Both the position numbers and the translations under genes were made by a program. Positions 8,996-18,039 of a stretch of 64,000 nt of DNA are shown piece after piece. Location of the stretch: the NCBI GenBank assembly GCA_038227875.1, contig JBBRPR010000014.1:117401-181400 (forward strand), written 5' to 3'. The notes under the pieces are model-generated. The model was given only the letters and a program-made list of their open reading frames with translations. It made no database searches and had not been told where the DNA came from. Source of the DNA: Planctomycetota bacterium. GTDB taxonomy: Bacteria > Planctomycetota > SZUA-567 > H5-PLA8. Within the stretch, counting starts at the first letter, position 1. The number at the start of each line of letters is the position of its first letter.

Positions 8996-11900
8996 GCGGC
9001 GGGATCCTGCGCCAGCTTCAGCAACTCGGTGCGCAGCGCGGCGAGTTCCGTCTCCAGCTCCGCCGTGAGCGTTGCCGCCTGCTTCACATCGTTGTCGCGG
9101 CAGGCCGTCTCAAGGTGATAGGCCATCTGCCGCAGCCGCTCGCCGCCGACATTGCCCGACGCGCCTTTGATTGAATGCGCACAACGCTCGGCCGTCGACG
9201 TGTTGCCCGCGATCAGTGCGTCCTTCATGTTGGCGATGCGCTTGGGGACGTCGTCGAGGAAGACCTTGATCACCTCTTTCAGCAGCGCCCCGTCGCCGCC
9301 GACAATGCGCATGGCCGCGTCCAGATCGAAGACCGGCGCCGGAGTCTCCTGGGTTGTTTCGGCGGCAACAGTGGGTGTCGAGGACTTGGAATGCCGGCGG
9401 GGCAGGGCAGGGCGCCCCGCGGAGCGCGCAAGAATGTCGGCCAGCTGGGCCAGGCGCACCGGCTTGGCCAGGTAGTCGTCCATGCCGGCTTCCAGGCAGC
9501 GTTCGCGGTCGCCTTTCATCGCGTTGGCCGTCATCGCGACGATCGGTATCGGCGGCCGGCCCGAACTCTTCTCCAGTCGGCGGATTTCACGCGTCGCCGT
9601 GTAGCCATCCATCACCGGCATCTGGCAATCCATCAACACCACGTCAAAGGCTTCCGTGCGCACCGCATCCAGCGCTTCGCAGCCGTCGACGGAAATCGAG
9701 CAGGCACAGTTCAGTCGCTTGAGCATGCCCACCGCGACGGCGCGGTTGACGTCATTGTCTTCGACCAGCAGCACGCGCAGATTCAGCGCAGGGACATCGT
9801 TTTCGTCGCTCACGGCATCCTGTTCTCCCGACGAGTGGTGCGCGCCGCCTTCAAACGCGACGCGCCAGGCCGATTGCAGCGCGTCGAAGAGTTCCGACTG
9901 CCGCACGGGCTTGTGGAGCATCTCGACAATGCCGCTGGCGCGCAGCTGCTGCGGCGTGAAGGTTTCGCCCACGGACGAGAGCATCACCAGCACGGTCTTG
10001 GCGATCTTTGGATCGGCCTTGATCTTCTGCGCCAGCGTCTCGCCGTTCATGTTCGGCATCTGGTAATCCAGCAGCGCCACGGCGTATTCTTCGCCGGCCT
10101 CCGCCGCGCGGCGCAGTTCCTCCAGCGCCGCCTGGCCATGTTCGACCGCCTTTACCGGCACCTGCCAGACGGAAAGCTGTTCCTGCACCACCATGCGGTT
10201 GACGGCATTGTCGTCGACCACCAGGCAGCGCGCACGCAGGGCGTACTGGGTCATCGTGGTGACGGAGAGTTCCTCCTTCTTCTCGCTTTCAGGCAGCGGC
10301 ACTTCCAGGGTAAAGACGGTGCCCTTGCCGATGACGCTGGACACCGACAGCGTCCCGCCCATCATTTCCACGAGATTCTTCGAGATCGCCAGGCCCAGTC
10401 CGGTGCCGCCAAACTGCCGCGTCGTCGACGAGTCGGCCTGCGAGAATTTCTGGAACAGGCGCGAGCGGTATTCGTCGCTGATCCCGATGCCCGTGTCTTC
10501 CACAGTCATGTGCATCACCGCGCGTCCATTGACCCGCTCGTGGCAGGCGACGGAAATCAGCACGTGCCCTTCCTGCGTGAACTTCACCGCGTTGCTGGCC
10601 AGGTTCGAAAGAATCTGCCGCATGCGCACCGGATCGCCGATGAACGTCTTTGGCGCGCCGGGCGCGTAACGCACAATCAGCTCCAGCTTCTTCTCCGACG
10701 CGCGTGCGGCGATCAGCATCCCGCTCTCTTCCACGATCGTCTGCAGGTTGAAGTGGATGGCCTCAAGCGTCAATTTGCCCGCATCGATTTTCGAGAGGTC
10801 GAGGATGTCGTTGAGGATCGTCAGCAGCGATTCGGCCGAGTTGCGAATGGTGACGGCGTATTCGCGCTCGCGGCCCGTGAGCCGGGTGCTGATCAGCAAT
10901 TCGGACATGCCGATCACGCCATTGAGCGGCGTGCGGATTTCGTGGCTCATGTTGGCCAGGAATTCCGATTTAAGCCGCGCCGACTCCATTGCCATGTCGC
11001 GGGCCGACGAGAGCGTGCGTTCGGCGCGCTTGCGGTCGGTGATGTCGGTGAAGGCGACCACCGCGCCAATCACCACGCCCTCGCGGCGCACCGGACAGGA
11101 GCGGTATTCCACGGGAAAACTGGACTTGTCCGCGCGCCAGAACACCTCATCGTTCACGACCACTTCCTCGCCGCGTGTGAACGCCTGATAAATCTTGCAT
11201 TCTTCCACCGGAAACGGCCGACCGTCTTCGTACTGGTAATGAATGAGCTCGTGCATGTTCTTGCCATGAAGCTGTTCGACGGTCAGGTAGCCCAGCGTTT
11301 TGGCGCAGGCGGGATTGGCGAAGGTGCATTTTCCATCCATGTCGATGCCGTAGATGCCTTCGCTGACCGAATTGAGCAGCAGGCGCAGGCGTTCTTCGCT
11401 GAAGCGGTAGTCGGCTTCGGCCTTGCGCCGCGCCTTGCTGTCGCGCTTGAGAGCCACCATGGCGACGATCAGCACGATCATGGATACGCCCGTGGCGACC
11501 GTGATCATGATCACCGCAACGTACGCCGTGTGCTCTTCGCTTTCCGTTCGCGCTTTGAGCAGGTCCTGTTCCTCCAGCTTTGCCGCTTGAAGTTGATCGA
11601 GGACGCTTCCCAGCAGCTGGCTGGAGGGTGCGTTGACCGTGCCGGCGAGCGTGGAATGGACGGAATCCAGGAATCGCGCCACGTGTTTTTCGAGCACATT
11701 CACGTTGGCTTGCTGGTGCTCGTTGTCGCTGGTCATCGAGCGCAGCTTGGAAATGGAATCGTTGACTTTCGTTTTCGCCTGCTCAATTTCGTCGCCGAAT
11801 TTCTTGTCGTACGACAGCTTGTAACCGCGCTCGCTGCTTTCGATGCCCTTGGTCAGAAAACGGACCCGCTCGATCTCCGCGATGACCTCATAAGTATGCG

Positions 11901-12054
11901 CGACCCGCTTGCCCGATTCGATCAGCGTCGTCGCGCTGGAATAGCGGAACACGCCGACGATACCCAGGATAATCAGCGCCAGGATGAAAGCGATATTGGC
12001 TTTGGTTTCAGTGCTGAAAGACACAGAGAGGTCTCGCGTTAATATAGGGGACAT
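8992..12054 (-). CDS. Hybrid sensor histidine kinase (CHASE3-PAS-HisKA-HATPase-REC-REC-HPt)
   Basis: Two TM helices flank CHASE3 (VAHTYEV..ERGY); FLANMSHEIRTP, GGTGLGL, LDYQMP, MDCQMP, AHSIKGAS. Confidence 0.92.
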   Translation of the reverse strand: MSPILTRDLSVSFSTETKANIAFILALIILGIVGVFRYSSATTLIESGKRVAHTYEVIAEIERVRFLTKGIESSERGYKLSYDKKFGDEIEQAKTKVNDSISKLRSMTSDNEHQQANVNVLEKHVARFLDSVHSTLAGTVNAPSSQLLGSVLDQLQAAKLEEQDLLKARTESEEHTAYVAVIMITVATGVSMIVLIVAMVALKRDSKARRKAEADYRFSEERLRLLLNSVSEGIYGIDMDGKCTFANPACAKTLGYLTVEQLHGKNMHELIHYQYEDGRPFPVEECKIYQAFTRGEEVVVNDEVFWRADKSSFPVEYRSCPVRREGVVIGAVVAFTDITDRKRAERTLSSARDMAMESARLKSEFLANMSHEIRTPLNGVIGMSELLISTRLTGREREYAVTIRNSAESLLTILNDILDLSKIDAGKLTLEAIHFNLQTIVEESGMLIAARASEKKLELIVRYAPGAPKTFIGDPVRMRQILSNLASNAVKFTQEGHVLISVACHERVNGRAVMHMTVEDTGIGISDEYRSRLFQKFSQADSSTTRQFGGTGLGLAISKNLVEMMGGTLSVSSVIGKGTVFTLEVPLPESEKKEELSVTTMTQYALRARCLVVDDNAVNRMVVQEQLSVWQVPVKAVEHGQAALEELRRAAEAGEEYAVALLDYQMPNMNGETLAQKIKADPKIAKTVLVMLSSVGETFTPQQLRASGIVEMLHKPVRQSELFDALQSAWRVAFEGGAHHSSGEQDAVSDENDVPALNLRVLLVEDNDVNRAVAVGMLKRLNCACSISVDGCEALDAVRTEAFDVVLMDCQMPVMDGYTATREIRRLEKSSGRPPIPIVAMTANAMKGDRERCLEAGMDDYLAKPVRLAQLADILARSAGRPALPRRHSKSSTPTVAAETTQETPAPVFDLDAAMRIVGGDGALLKEVIKVFLDDVPKRIANMKDALIAGNTSTAERCAHSIKGASGNVGGERLRQMAYHLETACRDNDVKQAATLTAELETELAALRTELLKLAQDPAA

Positions 12055-12272
12055 CGATCCAGCCGGGTCAGCCTACGTCCGACCCACTACACGGTACAGT
12101 GTGGAGCTCACTGCTCGACCTGAAATTTTACCAAAATTGATAAAATGCGACAGAGCCAGTGCAATTATTCATAGCTGCACACGGTGCGTGCACGAGCGGG
12201 AACAGTCCCCCGTGGCGCCGAACAAAGGGCTCCAACCATGCGCAGCACCGGAGTCGTTAGTAGTCCAAGCGG

Positions 12273-12390
12273 CTCGCACCCGAGTCCCTCCGTCATGCGC
12301 CCCCATTTTCTTGCCCCAGATCTCCGCCTGCGAAAAGCGCGCGGGTGCCACTGGTTCGGCAGCCGTTCGCCGAACCAGTGCCGTCCTTGC
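12273..12390. repeat. About 115-bp dispersed repeat, copy 1, ending in a GTGCCACTGG hairpin
   Basis: Near-identical to 12654..12765; hairpin CACTGGTTCGGC-AGCCGTTC-GCCGAACCAGTG. Confidence 0.85.
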
Positions 12391-12653
12391 CTATGCCATC
12401 CGCCCTAGCTCCCGCCACCTCGACCGCTCACGTCACTACCACTTTCGACGACATCGGCGCCAGCGGTTTTCAAACGCATGCCCCGCGCGCTGACTCAACG
12501 ATGCGTCAGCGCATTTTGATTGCAGCTGCCGTTCAAGCCGTTGCTTGCCACCCACCTTCAGGTGGTGGTCCGGTCTCCTTAATGATCTTATGAGCCGGCT
12601 TCAGCCGGCTTTCTGAAGTTGCTTGAAAACATTGAACCAAGAGAAGAAGGCGT

Positions 12654-12765
12654 CTCGCTCCCGAGTCCCTCCGTTATGCGCCCCCATTTTCTTGCCCCAG
12701 ATCTCCGCCTGCGAAAAGCGCGCGCGTGCCACTGGTGGAGCCGTTCCCACCAGTGCCTTCCTTGC
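12654..12765. repeat. About 115-bp dispersed repeat, copy 2
   Basis: Shares CCGAGTCCCTCCGT.ATGCGCCCCCATTTTCTTGCCCCAGATCTCCGCCTGCGAAAAGCGCGCG with copy 1; hairpin CACTGGTGG-AGCCGTTC-CCACCAGTG. Confidence 0.85.
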
Positions 12766-12827
12766 TTGCTTGGTTCGAAAAGCAGATAAGAAAGAAGACT
12801 TCTGAATCCAGACGCTCGCGTTACCCT

Positions 12828-12911
12828 CGGCCTGAAAGGCCGACCGTCAATAGCCAAGGGCGGCAGCCCTTGGTCCGCTCCAGGCGGATGATCCGCGCCC
12901 TGAAAGGGCGC
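12828..12911. repeat. REP-like palindrome cluster
   Basis: Hairpins CGGCCTGAAAGGCCG, CCAAGGGC-GGCA-GCCCTTGG and CGCCCTGAAAGGGCG. Confidence 0.6.
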
Positions 12912-13086
12912 CCGATTTCTTAGCACCTTGTGAACATTAATGGATGCAGCGAGTCACAATGATTGACTCGAAGATCTAACAACTGTACTTCGAGTTACCT
13001 GAAATGATGATGGGGATATTTCAAAGAGTCAGGATAGTTTAGAAGATTGCGGACGGGCTTTCTGAAGAGTAGTAGACAAGCGATTC

Positions 13087-14193
13087 ATGGACAAACACAG
13101 GCAGCTATTTGAACAAGCAGTGGCCGCACAGGAAGCCGGTAAGCTACTACTGGCTGGCGAACTCTTTCAAAAATGCCTGGCGCTCGATGAAACGTTCTCC
13201 AACGGATGGCTACGCTACGCTTCCGTATTGATGTGCCAAAAGAAATGGACTGAGGCCATTAACGCGGTAACGCATGTCCTTTCAGATAAATCGAAGAATC
13301 GAAGGGCAATTGCTCTTTCCACAATGGGGCAATGTTATCTAAAGCAAGAGTTGTGGAGCAAGGCCGAAGTAGCCTTTCGCAAGTCGCTGGCGATAAAGCC
13401 CAAATCCACTACGTGGGTCTTTCATGGCTTCACTCTTTCGGAACTTGGCCGTGATGACGAAGCAATCGAAAGCTACAAAAATGCGCTCGAATTGCAGCCG
13501 GAATTCGACGAAGCCCATTACAACCTCGGATGTTGTTTTGGACTGAGGAGAGAGCACGAAAAAGCAATTTTTCATTTCCGCCGCGCAATTGCCGCCGACC
13601 CTAAGTACGCCAGAGCCTACGCGGAATTGGGCTGGGCCTTAGCTCAGGACCTTTCCAACAACGACAATCTCAATGAAGCGTGTGAGGTTCTGGAAAAGTC
13701 AGTAGAATTGGACCGGTGCTATGGCTGGTCTCGGATTTATCTGGCTTTTGTTTATGAAGGGTTTGGCGAATTCAATGCCGCAGGCGAGCAGTACCAGACC
13801 GCGCTCAAGATTTGGCCGGATTGGGAATTGGCACATTCGTTATATGGACAGTTATTGGCGAATGAATTGAACGACAGGCAAGGCGCAAAGACTCATTTAA
13901 AGACGGCCATTGCTCTGGACCCGGATTATGCTGACGCCTTGTACCATTTGGGTGGGAATCTGTTGAATTGGAACAAGAGAATCGAAGGGGAGCGTTACCT
14001 GCGGCGTGCTGCTTTGCTTGGCCACAAAAAAGCCAGGAAGATCCTGGACGGTCTAGGGCCTTATGTTCCAAAAGATGATAGAAATCGATCATGCTCGAAT
14101 TGCGGCGCGGTTTTAATCCAACGAGCGGAATGGTGGTGCCAGGAATGCGGGTTCGACCGGCGAGCGCAGAAGTTGCCAAAACAGCCAAAATGA
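13087..14193 (+). CDS. TPR-repeat protein with C-terminal zinc ribbon
   Basis: Several TPRs (AHYNLG, EAIESYKNALELQP, DPDYADALYHLG); CSNC-x10-CQEC at the C-terminus. Confidence 0.85.
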   Translation: MDKHRQLFEQAVAAQEAGKLLLAGELFQKCLALDETFSNGWLRYASVLMCQKKWTEAINAVTHVLSDKSKNRRAIALSTMGQCYLKQELWSKAEVAFRKSLAIKPKSTTWVFHGFTLSELGRDDEAIESYKNALELQPEFDEAHYNLGCCFGLRREHEKAIFHFRRAIAADPKYARAYAELGWALAQDLSNNDNLNEACEVLEKSVELDRCYGWSRIYLAFVYEGFGEFNAAGEQYQTALKIWPDWELAHSLYGQLLANELNDRQGAKTHLKTAIALDPDYADALYHLGGNLLNWNKRIEGERYLRRAALLGHKKARKILDGLGPYVPKDDRNRSCSNCGAVLIQRAEWWCQECGFDRRAQKLPKQPK

Positions 14194-14251
14194 CTTGCTG
14201 TGTGTTTCTGTTTGTTACGGCGTATACTGATACCGTCGAAGAGGAAATCAC

Positions 14252-14935
14252 ATGCTCATTCTGCCACCATCTGATGATTCGCCAGCGACGCGTGTCTCGC
14301 CTTTTGTGGAGAAAAGTGAAAAGGTTCAATTTAATCCGAAAACTATAATCCTCCCTGGATTGGTGCTATTCGCCGTGATGCTTGGCGCGATTGTCTGGTA
14401 TTTTCTTTCCTATCGACCAGCGAAACTTGCGGCGGATGAATTGTTCGAATTGGAACATGAAGCTCCCCAACTCCTGAATTTCAAGCGGTACGACGCCGAA
14501 ATCCGCGCAGGGAACCCGTATGCGGTCACGCTGTTTGTAACCATGAATCTCGCCGAATTCAAATGGCCGGCCTCATCGGAACAGATCAAGTTCGAGCCCG
14601 CGTTTAAAAAGGTTAAAGGGAGCGGTCAGATTTCCATTCGTATGCCCATAAATCGACCCTCCAAGTTGGACTTTTCCACGCTGTGCTTTAACAGTTCGAT
14701 GTTGTTTGCAGACCTCCAGCAGCGTGTTGCGATTGATCAGGCGGAATTGTTCTTCACGCAGGGCGAAAACAGCGTGACGTTTCCGGTGCCCATGGCTGAA
14801 GCAAAGAAAATGTTCGAGGAATCCCAGACCGGGCCGGTCGCAGTCGAGACGATCAAGAAGTTTCAAATCGCTTCGAATTTTGATGTCATCTGGACACAGG
14901 TAAAGGCTATGAATTCAAAACAGGTTGAAAAGTGA
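14252..14935 (+). CDS. Hypothetical single-pass membrane protein
   Basis: GAGGA RBS; one hydrophobic helix (IILPGLVLFAVMLGAIVWYFL); no family recognised. Confidence 0.6.
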   Translation: MLILPPSDDSPATRVSPFVEKSEKVQFNPKTIILPGLVLFAVMLGAIVWYFLSYRPAKLAADELFELEHEAPQLLNFKRYDAEIRAGNPYAVTLFVTMNLAEFKWPASSEQIKFEPAFKKVKGSGQISIRMPINRPSKLDFSTLCFNSSMLFADLQQRVAIDQAELFFTQGENSVTFPVPMAEAKKMFEESQTGPVAVETIKKFQIASNFDVIWTQVKAMNSKQVEK

Positions 14936-14987
14936 AGCCGGCCAGGTGACAACAGTCCTCGTTTCTATATGGAGGAGACCGAAAATA

Positions 14988-15569
14988 TTATCCCGGCGCC
15001 TTCTCCCCTGCCGATTCCGAATTCCACTCAAACAACTTAAACACGAGACAGATAATCAATCCGCTGGTTGCAAGGTCCACGGCAAGCGCAAAGTAGTCAT
15101 ATTCATTGGCAACAAATCCCCATGAATACGAGCGTCGCAACTGATAAACCCGAACGGCGTGAGCCACCGGCCATCCATAGTTCACCCACGCACCTGTCAC
15201 ACTACGATTCGAATAATTTAAATAAACGATCCCCGCGGTTGCGATGACTATGCCAATCCAAGTTAAGGGTCGAGTTCGTGCAAGGCGCGCTTTAGCCGAT
15301 TTAAAATAGTTCTGACCCGCAGACCGGTTGAGCCACGTCGACAGTTTGTACACAAAAAATAGAATCAAGAACGCCGAGAGTACATTGACGATTGCAAATA
15401 GAATGGTCCCCCAAATTCCCTGTTTTACAAATCCGGCGGGCCAACCATATTCTCCACGTACATTATCGAGAACGAGATTCTTCATCAAAAGCCATGCTGC
15501 GACCAGGACCAGCAACACCGCCGTCGATAAATGAAAGCGAAACCACTGGCGCTTGGGCGTGTCGGTCAT
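14988..15569 (-). CDS. Small membrane protein with RFHLST and YGWP motifs
   Basis: About four TM helices; internal duplication with YGWP twice; similar to 32431..32973. Confidence 0.65.
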   Translation of the reverse strand: MTDTPKRQWFRFHLSTAVLLVLVAAWLLMKNLVLDNVRGEYGWPAGFVKQGIWGTILFAIVNVLSAFLILFFVYKLSTWLNRSAGQNYFKSAKARLARTRPLTWIGIVIATAGIVYLNYSNRSVTGAWVNYGWPVAHAVRVYQLRRSYSWGFVANEYDYFALAVDLATSGLIICLVFKLFEWNSESAGEKAPG

Positions 15570-15750
15570 GTTGGCTCTCTATCTCGCCCCAGGCTCCCAG
15601 CCCAATGGGTCTCCCGCCAGACTACGGATTCCCAGGGCTCCTCGTTCATCGGAATTGAGCATCACGGCGTCAAACGAGTGTGATGGCGGGTGGCACCGAT
15701 GACTCCAATACCATCACAATAATGCGCCGCTCTCGTTATGTCCCGGCCGT

Positions 15751-15790
15751 TGGGTGCCATGCGTCTGAGGCCGTTTTCAGACGCATGCCC
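15751..15790. repeat. GGGTGCCA-type REP-like hairpin
   Basis: GGGTGC-CATGCGTCTGA-GGCCGTTT-TCAGACGCATG-CCC. Confidence 0.65.
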
Positions 15791-15814
15791 TGCGCGTGGA
15801 ATCCACACAGCCGA

Positions 15815-16063
15815 TCACGGCATTTCCTCCGGCCGCGGAGGACGTACACGCGAAACGGAGTTTTGCGTGCACGCCCCGAACTTCAAATAATTGGTTTGTC
15901 CTTCTTTCAGCGAGATCCCATTGGCACCATCCGGATCATCCGGGTTATCCGTCTGCCAGAAATCAATCTCCCAGAAGCAAATGGGACAAATGTAATACTC
16001 TTGAAATGGACCAATCTTGTGCCTGCAGCACGGACAGGTATCAACGTCCTCGGGCTTTACCAT
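15815..16063 (-). CDS. CPCC family cysteine-rich protein
   Basis: CPCC...ICPICFWE.D...GANGISL.E...NY..FGAC signature. Confidence 0.85.
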   Translation of the reverse strand: MVKPEDVDTCPCCRHKIGPFQEYYICPICFWEIDFWQTDNPDDPDGANGISLKEGQTNYLKFGACTQNSVSRVRPPRPEEMP

Positions 16064-16095
16064 CAGATAGATGCTTTCTTCTAAAATTAGACGGC

Positions 16096-16595
16096 TCAGG
16101 ACGTCAATATCTCATCAATGAGCCCATACTCTATAGCCTCGTCCGGCTTAAATGTGATCTCGTCCGCCATATCCGCTCCAGCGTTTGTCCGGTGTCTTTC
16201 GCCAGCAACCCGGCGATGAGCATATTCAGTGCGTTTATCTCGTCGCGCTGAATTTCGGAATCCGATTTACCCCAGCAACTGGAAATACTCAGCCTGGAGG
16301 ACGGCAAGCCGTACCGAAATCCACCTTCGCCGTGAGCAACGATCACAGCAGCCATGGCGTGAGACGGTCCAATTGCATACGTATGAACCGGGCACTTCAA
16401 CTCATCCATTACAGAAACAATGGCCAAGCTCGCATTGACTGCGCCGCCCTGCGATGTCACATATAGGCTGGCCGGCTCCCGTGAATCGCGCGATTGCAAA
16501 AGCAGAAGCTTCGCGATGACCTCGCTGGCCGCCGCGTCGTCAATCGGCCCGACGACCGCTACGATGCGATCTTTTAGCAGCCGCTCCAGAATCAT
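16096..16595 (-). pseudogene. Catalytically dead ClpP/ClpR-like protein, frameshifted near the C-terminus
   Basis: RLLKDRIV, IAKLLLL, SQGG, TGQTLERI; the ClpP-like tail EAIEYGLIDEIL continues in another frame to TGA at 16096-16098. Confidence 0.75.
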
Positions 16596-16809
16596 CTTGG
16601 ACTGTTCGATCGGAGTTCTCCTTCCGCGCGTCCGGGTGCTGTCTTACCTATCACGTCAAAGCATGGCAACACATTTCCGTTATGCTCAACGCGATATAGG
16701 AAATTGGGCGTTCCAGATTCCCCAAGTCTGCGCTGCTAAGTGCAGAAGCAATGGACCGATGTCATCCGTCGGTGCTACGATAGTCCTTTCAATCTCGAGC
16801 GCGCAGCCT

Positions 16810-17265
16810 ATGTCCAGCGATCACAATAACCCCGAGCAAATGTGGAGCGTTGAGGAACTCATCGCAAACATGAAAGACGTTTCCGATGACCCGGGCTCGC
16901 GAGCATTGTTCGCGCGCGCATTGGGAGAACGCGGCGCCGAGGCGGCTTCGGCAGTCACCGCACTGATTGAAGTGTTATCTGAAAACGATTCTTCCCTCCA
17001 AATGGAAGCAGCCGACGCCCTCGGAAAAATGGGCAGCGCCGCTTTGAGCGCTATTCCGAGCCTGCAGCAGCTCGAAACCACCGCTTCATCGCAAGGTGTT
17101 CGCAACGCCGCTCATGAAGCGATCCTCGCACTGACGGACCCAGCCGAATATCAACATCTTCAGGGACGCCGTCAAAGGTCGGCGCTGGTTCTGCTCCTAG
17201 TCTGCGCCGGCGTCGTCGCACTGCTTGCAGTGGGAATCTGGCTGATCGTACGCAGGTATCTGTAG
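16810..17265 (+). CDS. HEAT-repeat protein with C-terminal TM anchor
   Basis: RALFARALG, AVTALIEVL, AADALGKMG; hydrophobic C-terminus; start uncertain. Confidence 0.7.
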   Translation: MSSDHNNPEQMWSVEELIANMKDVSDDPGSRALFARALGERGAEAASAVTALIEVLSENDSSLQMEAADALGKMGSAALSAIPSLQQLETTASSQGVRNAAHEAILALTDPAEYQHLQGRRQRSALVLLLVCAGVVALLAVGIWLIVRRYL

Positions 17266-17690
17266 TCGCTCCACGCTCGACTCGCTCCGACCGTGGGTGA
17301 AGAATCTCAGCCCAAACCCCAGCTCTCAATTCCCATCCTTGGCGTGGGGCATTTGTGTAACGAGTGTCGGTGGCCTCGGTGACGTCGCTCTACCGTACGG
17401 CTCTGGTCTTGCTCCGGCCATTGGGTGCCGTGCGTCCAAGGCCGTTTTGCGCCCCCATTTTAGGAGCATCCGGCATTAGTCCGACGATCCCTTCCATAAA
17501 GATTCCTTTCCGTTCGTGCCGTTCTTTGCGATCCTTGCGGCTTTGCGTCTTTGCCAGAAAGTTGTGCGTCGTACGGCCGGACACGCTATGCCAGAAGCCT
17601 GCACAACTCCCCGCCGGGCGCCCCAGCATGGCGATCACGGGATGCTCCCGTTCACTTCATCGCGTAGCACGAAAACACCGTCGAGTAGCA

Positions 17691-17810
17691 ATCGCTCATT
17701 TACGCTCATTCCTGCTCATTCACGCTCATTTTGAATCATTCCTGCTCAAACACGCTCATTTCAGCTCATTTGCTATCATTCGCTCTCAAACCTGCTCAAA
17801 TTAGCTCATT
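17691..17810. repeat. Tandem array of twelve 10-bp units (consensus NNNGCTCATT)
   Basis: atcgctcatt tacgctcatt cctgctcatt cacgctcatt ttgaatcatt cctgctcaaa cacgctcatt tcagctcatt tgctatcatt cgctctcaaa cctgctcaaa ttagctcatt. Confidence 0.9.
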
Positions 17811-18011
17811 CGCCAGATTTCCCTTGATTTTCGGGATCAATCACCGCTTATATATAAGGACACTTTCCGCATACCGAAGCTCTCTGCGCCTCACCCCGGC
17901 CAAGGAAATGAAAATGGGCAATGCGAGACGAAATACGAAATTCTCATAACTCCTTATAAGTCGAAAAATACTTAACTTTTACACACATAATTCCAAGATT
18001 TTACTTGACTT

Positions 18012-18039
18012 TTGCATTCCTCGATCGCATAGATATAGT
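18012..18039 (+). promoter_or_regulatory. Putative sigma70 promoter
   Basis: TTGCAT-N16-TATAGT within an AT-rich tract. Confidence 0.45.

Noticed and set aside
9175..12042. 955-aa plus-strand ORF (also 3433..5250, 25907..27724, 30344..32197, 37772..39118, 43163..44680, 54011..55471)
   Set aside because: Antisense shadows of well-supported genes, expected in GC-rich DNA; no motifs
14190..14348. Small CxxC ORF (ITCSFCHH) or frameshifted N-terminus of 14252..14935
   Set aside because: Only one Cys pair, overlaps a longer ORF that has its own RBS; insufficient support
13087..17265. Integron cassette array
   Set aside because: Mixed gene orientation, no RYYYAAC...GTTRRRY attC pattern, no integrase
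17691..17810. CRISPR array
   Set aside because: Units are 10 bp and contiguous with no spacers; no cas genes in the window
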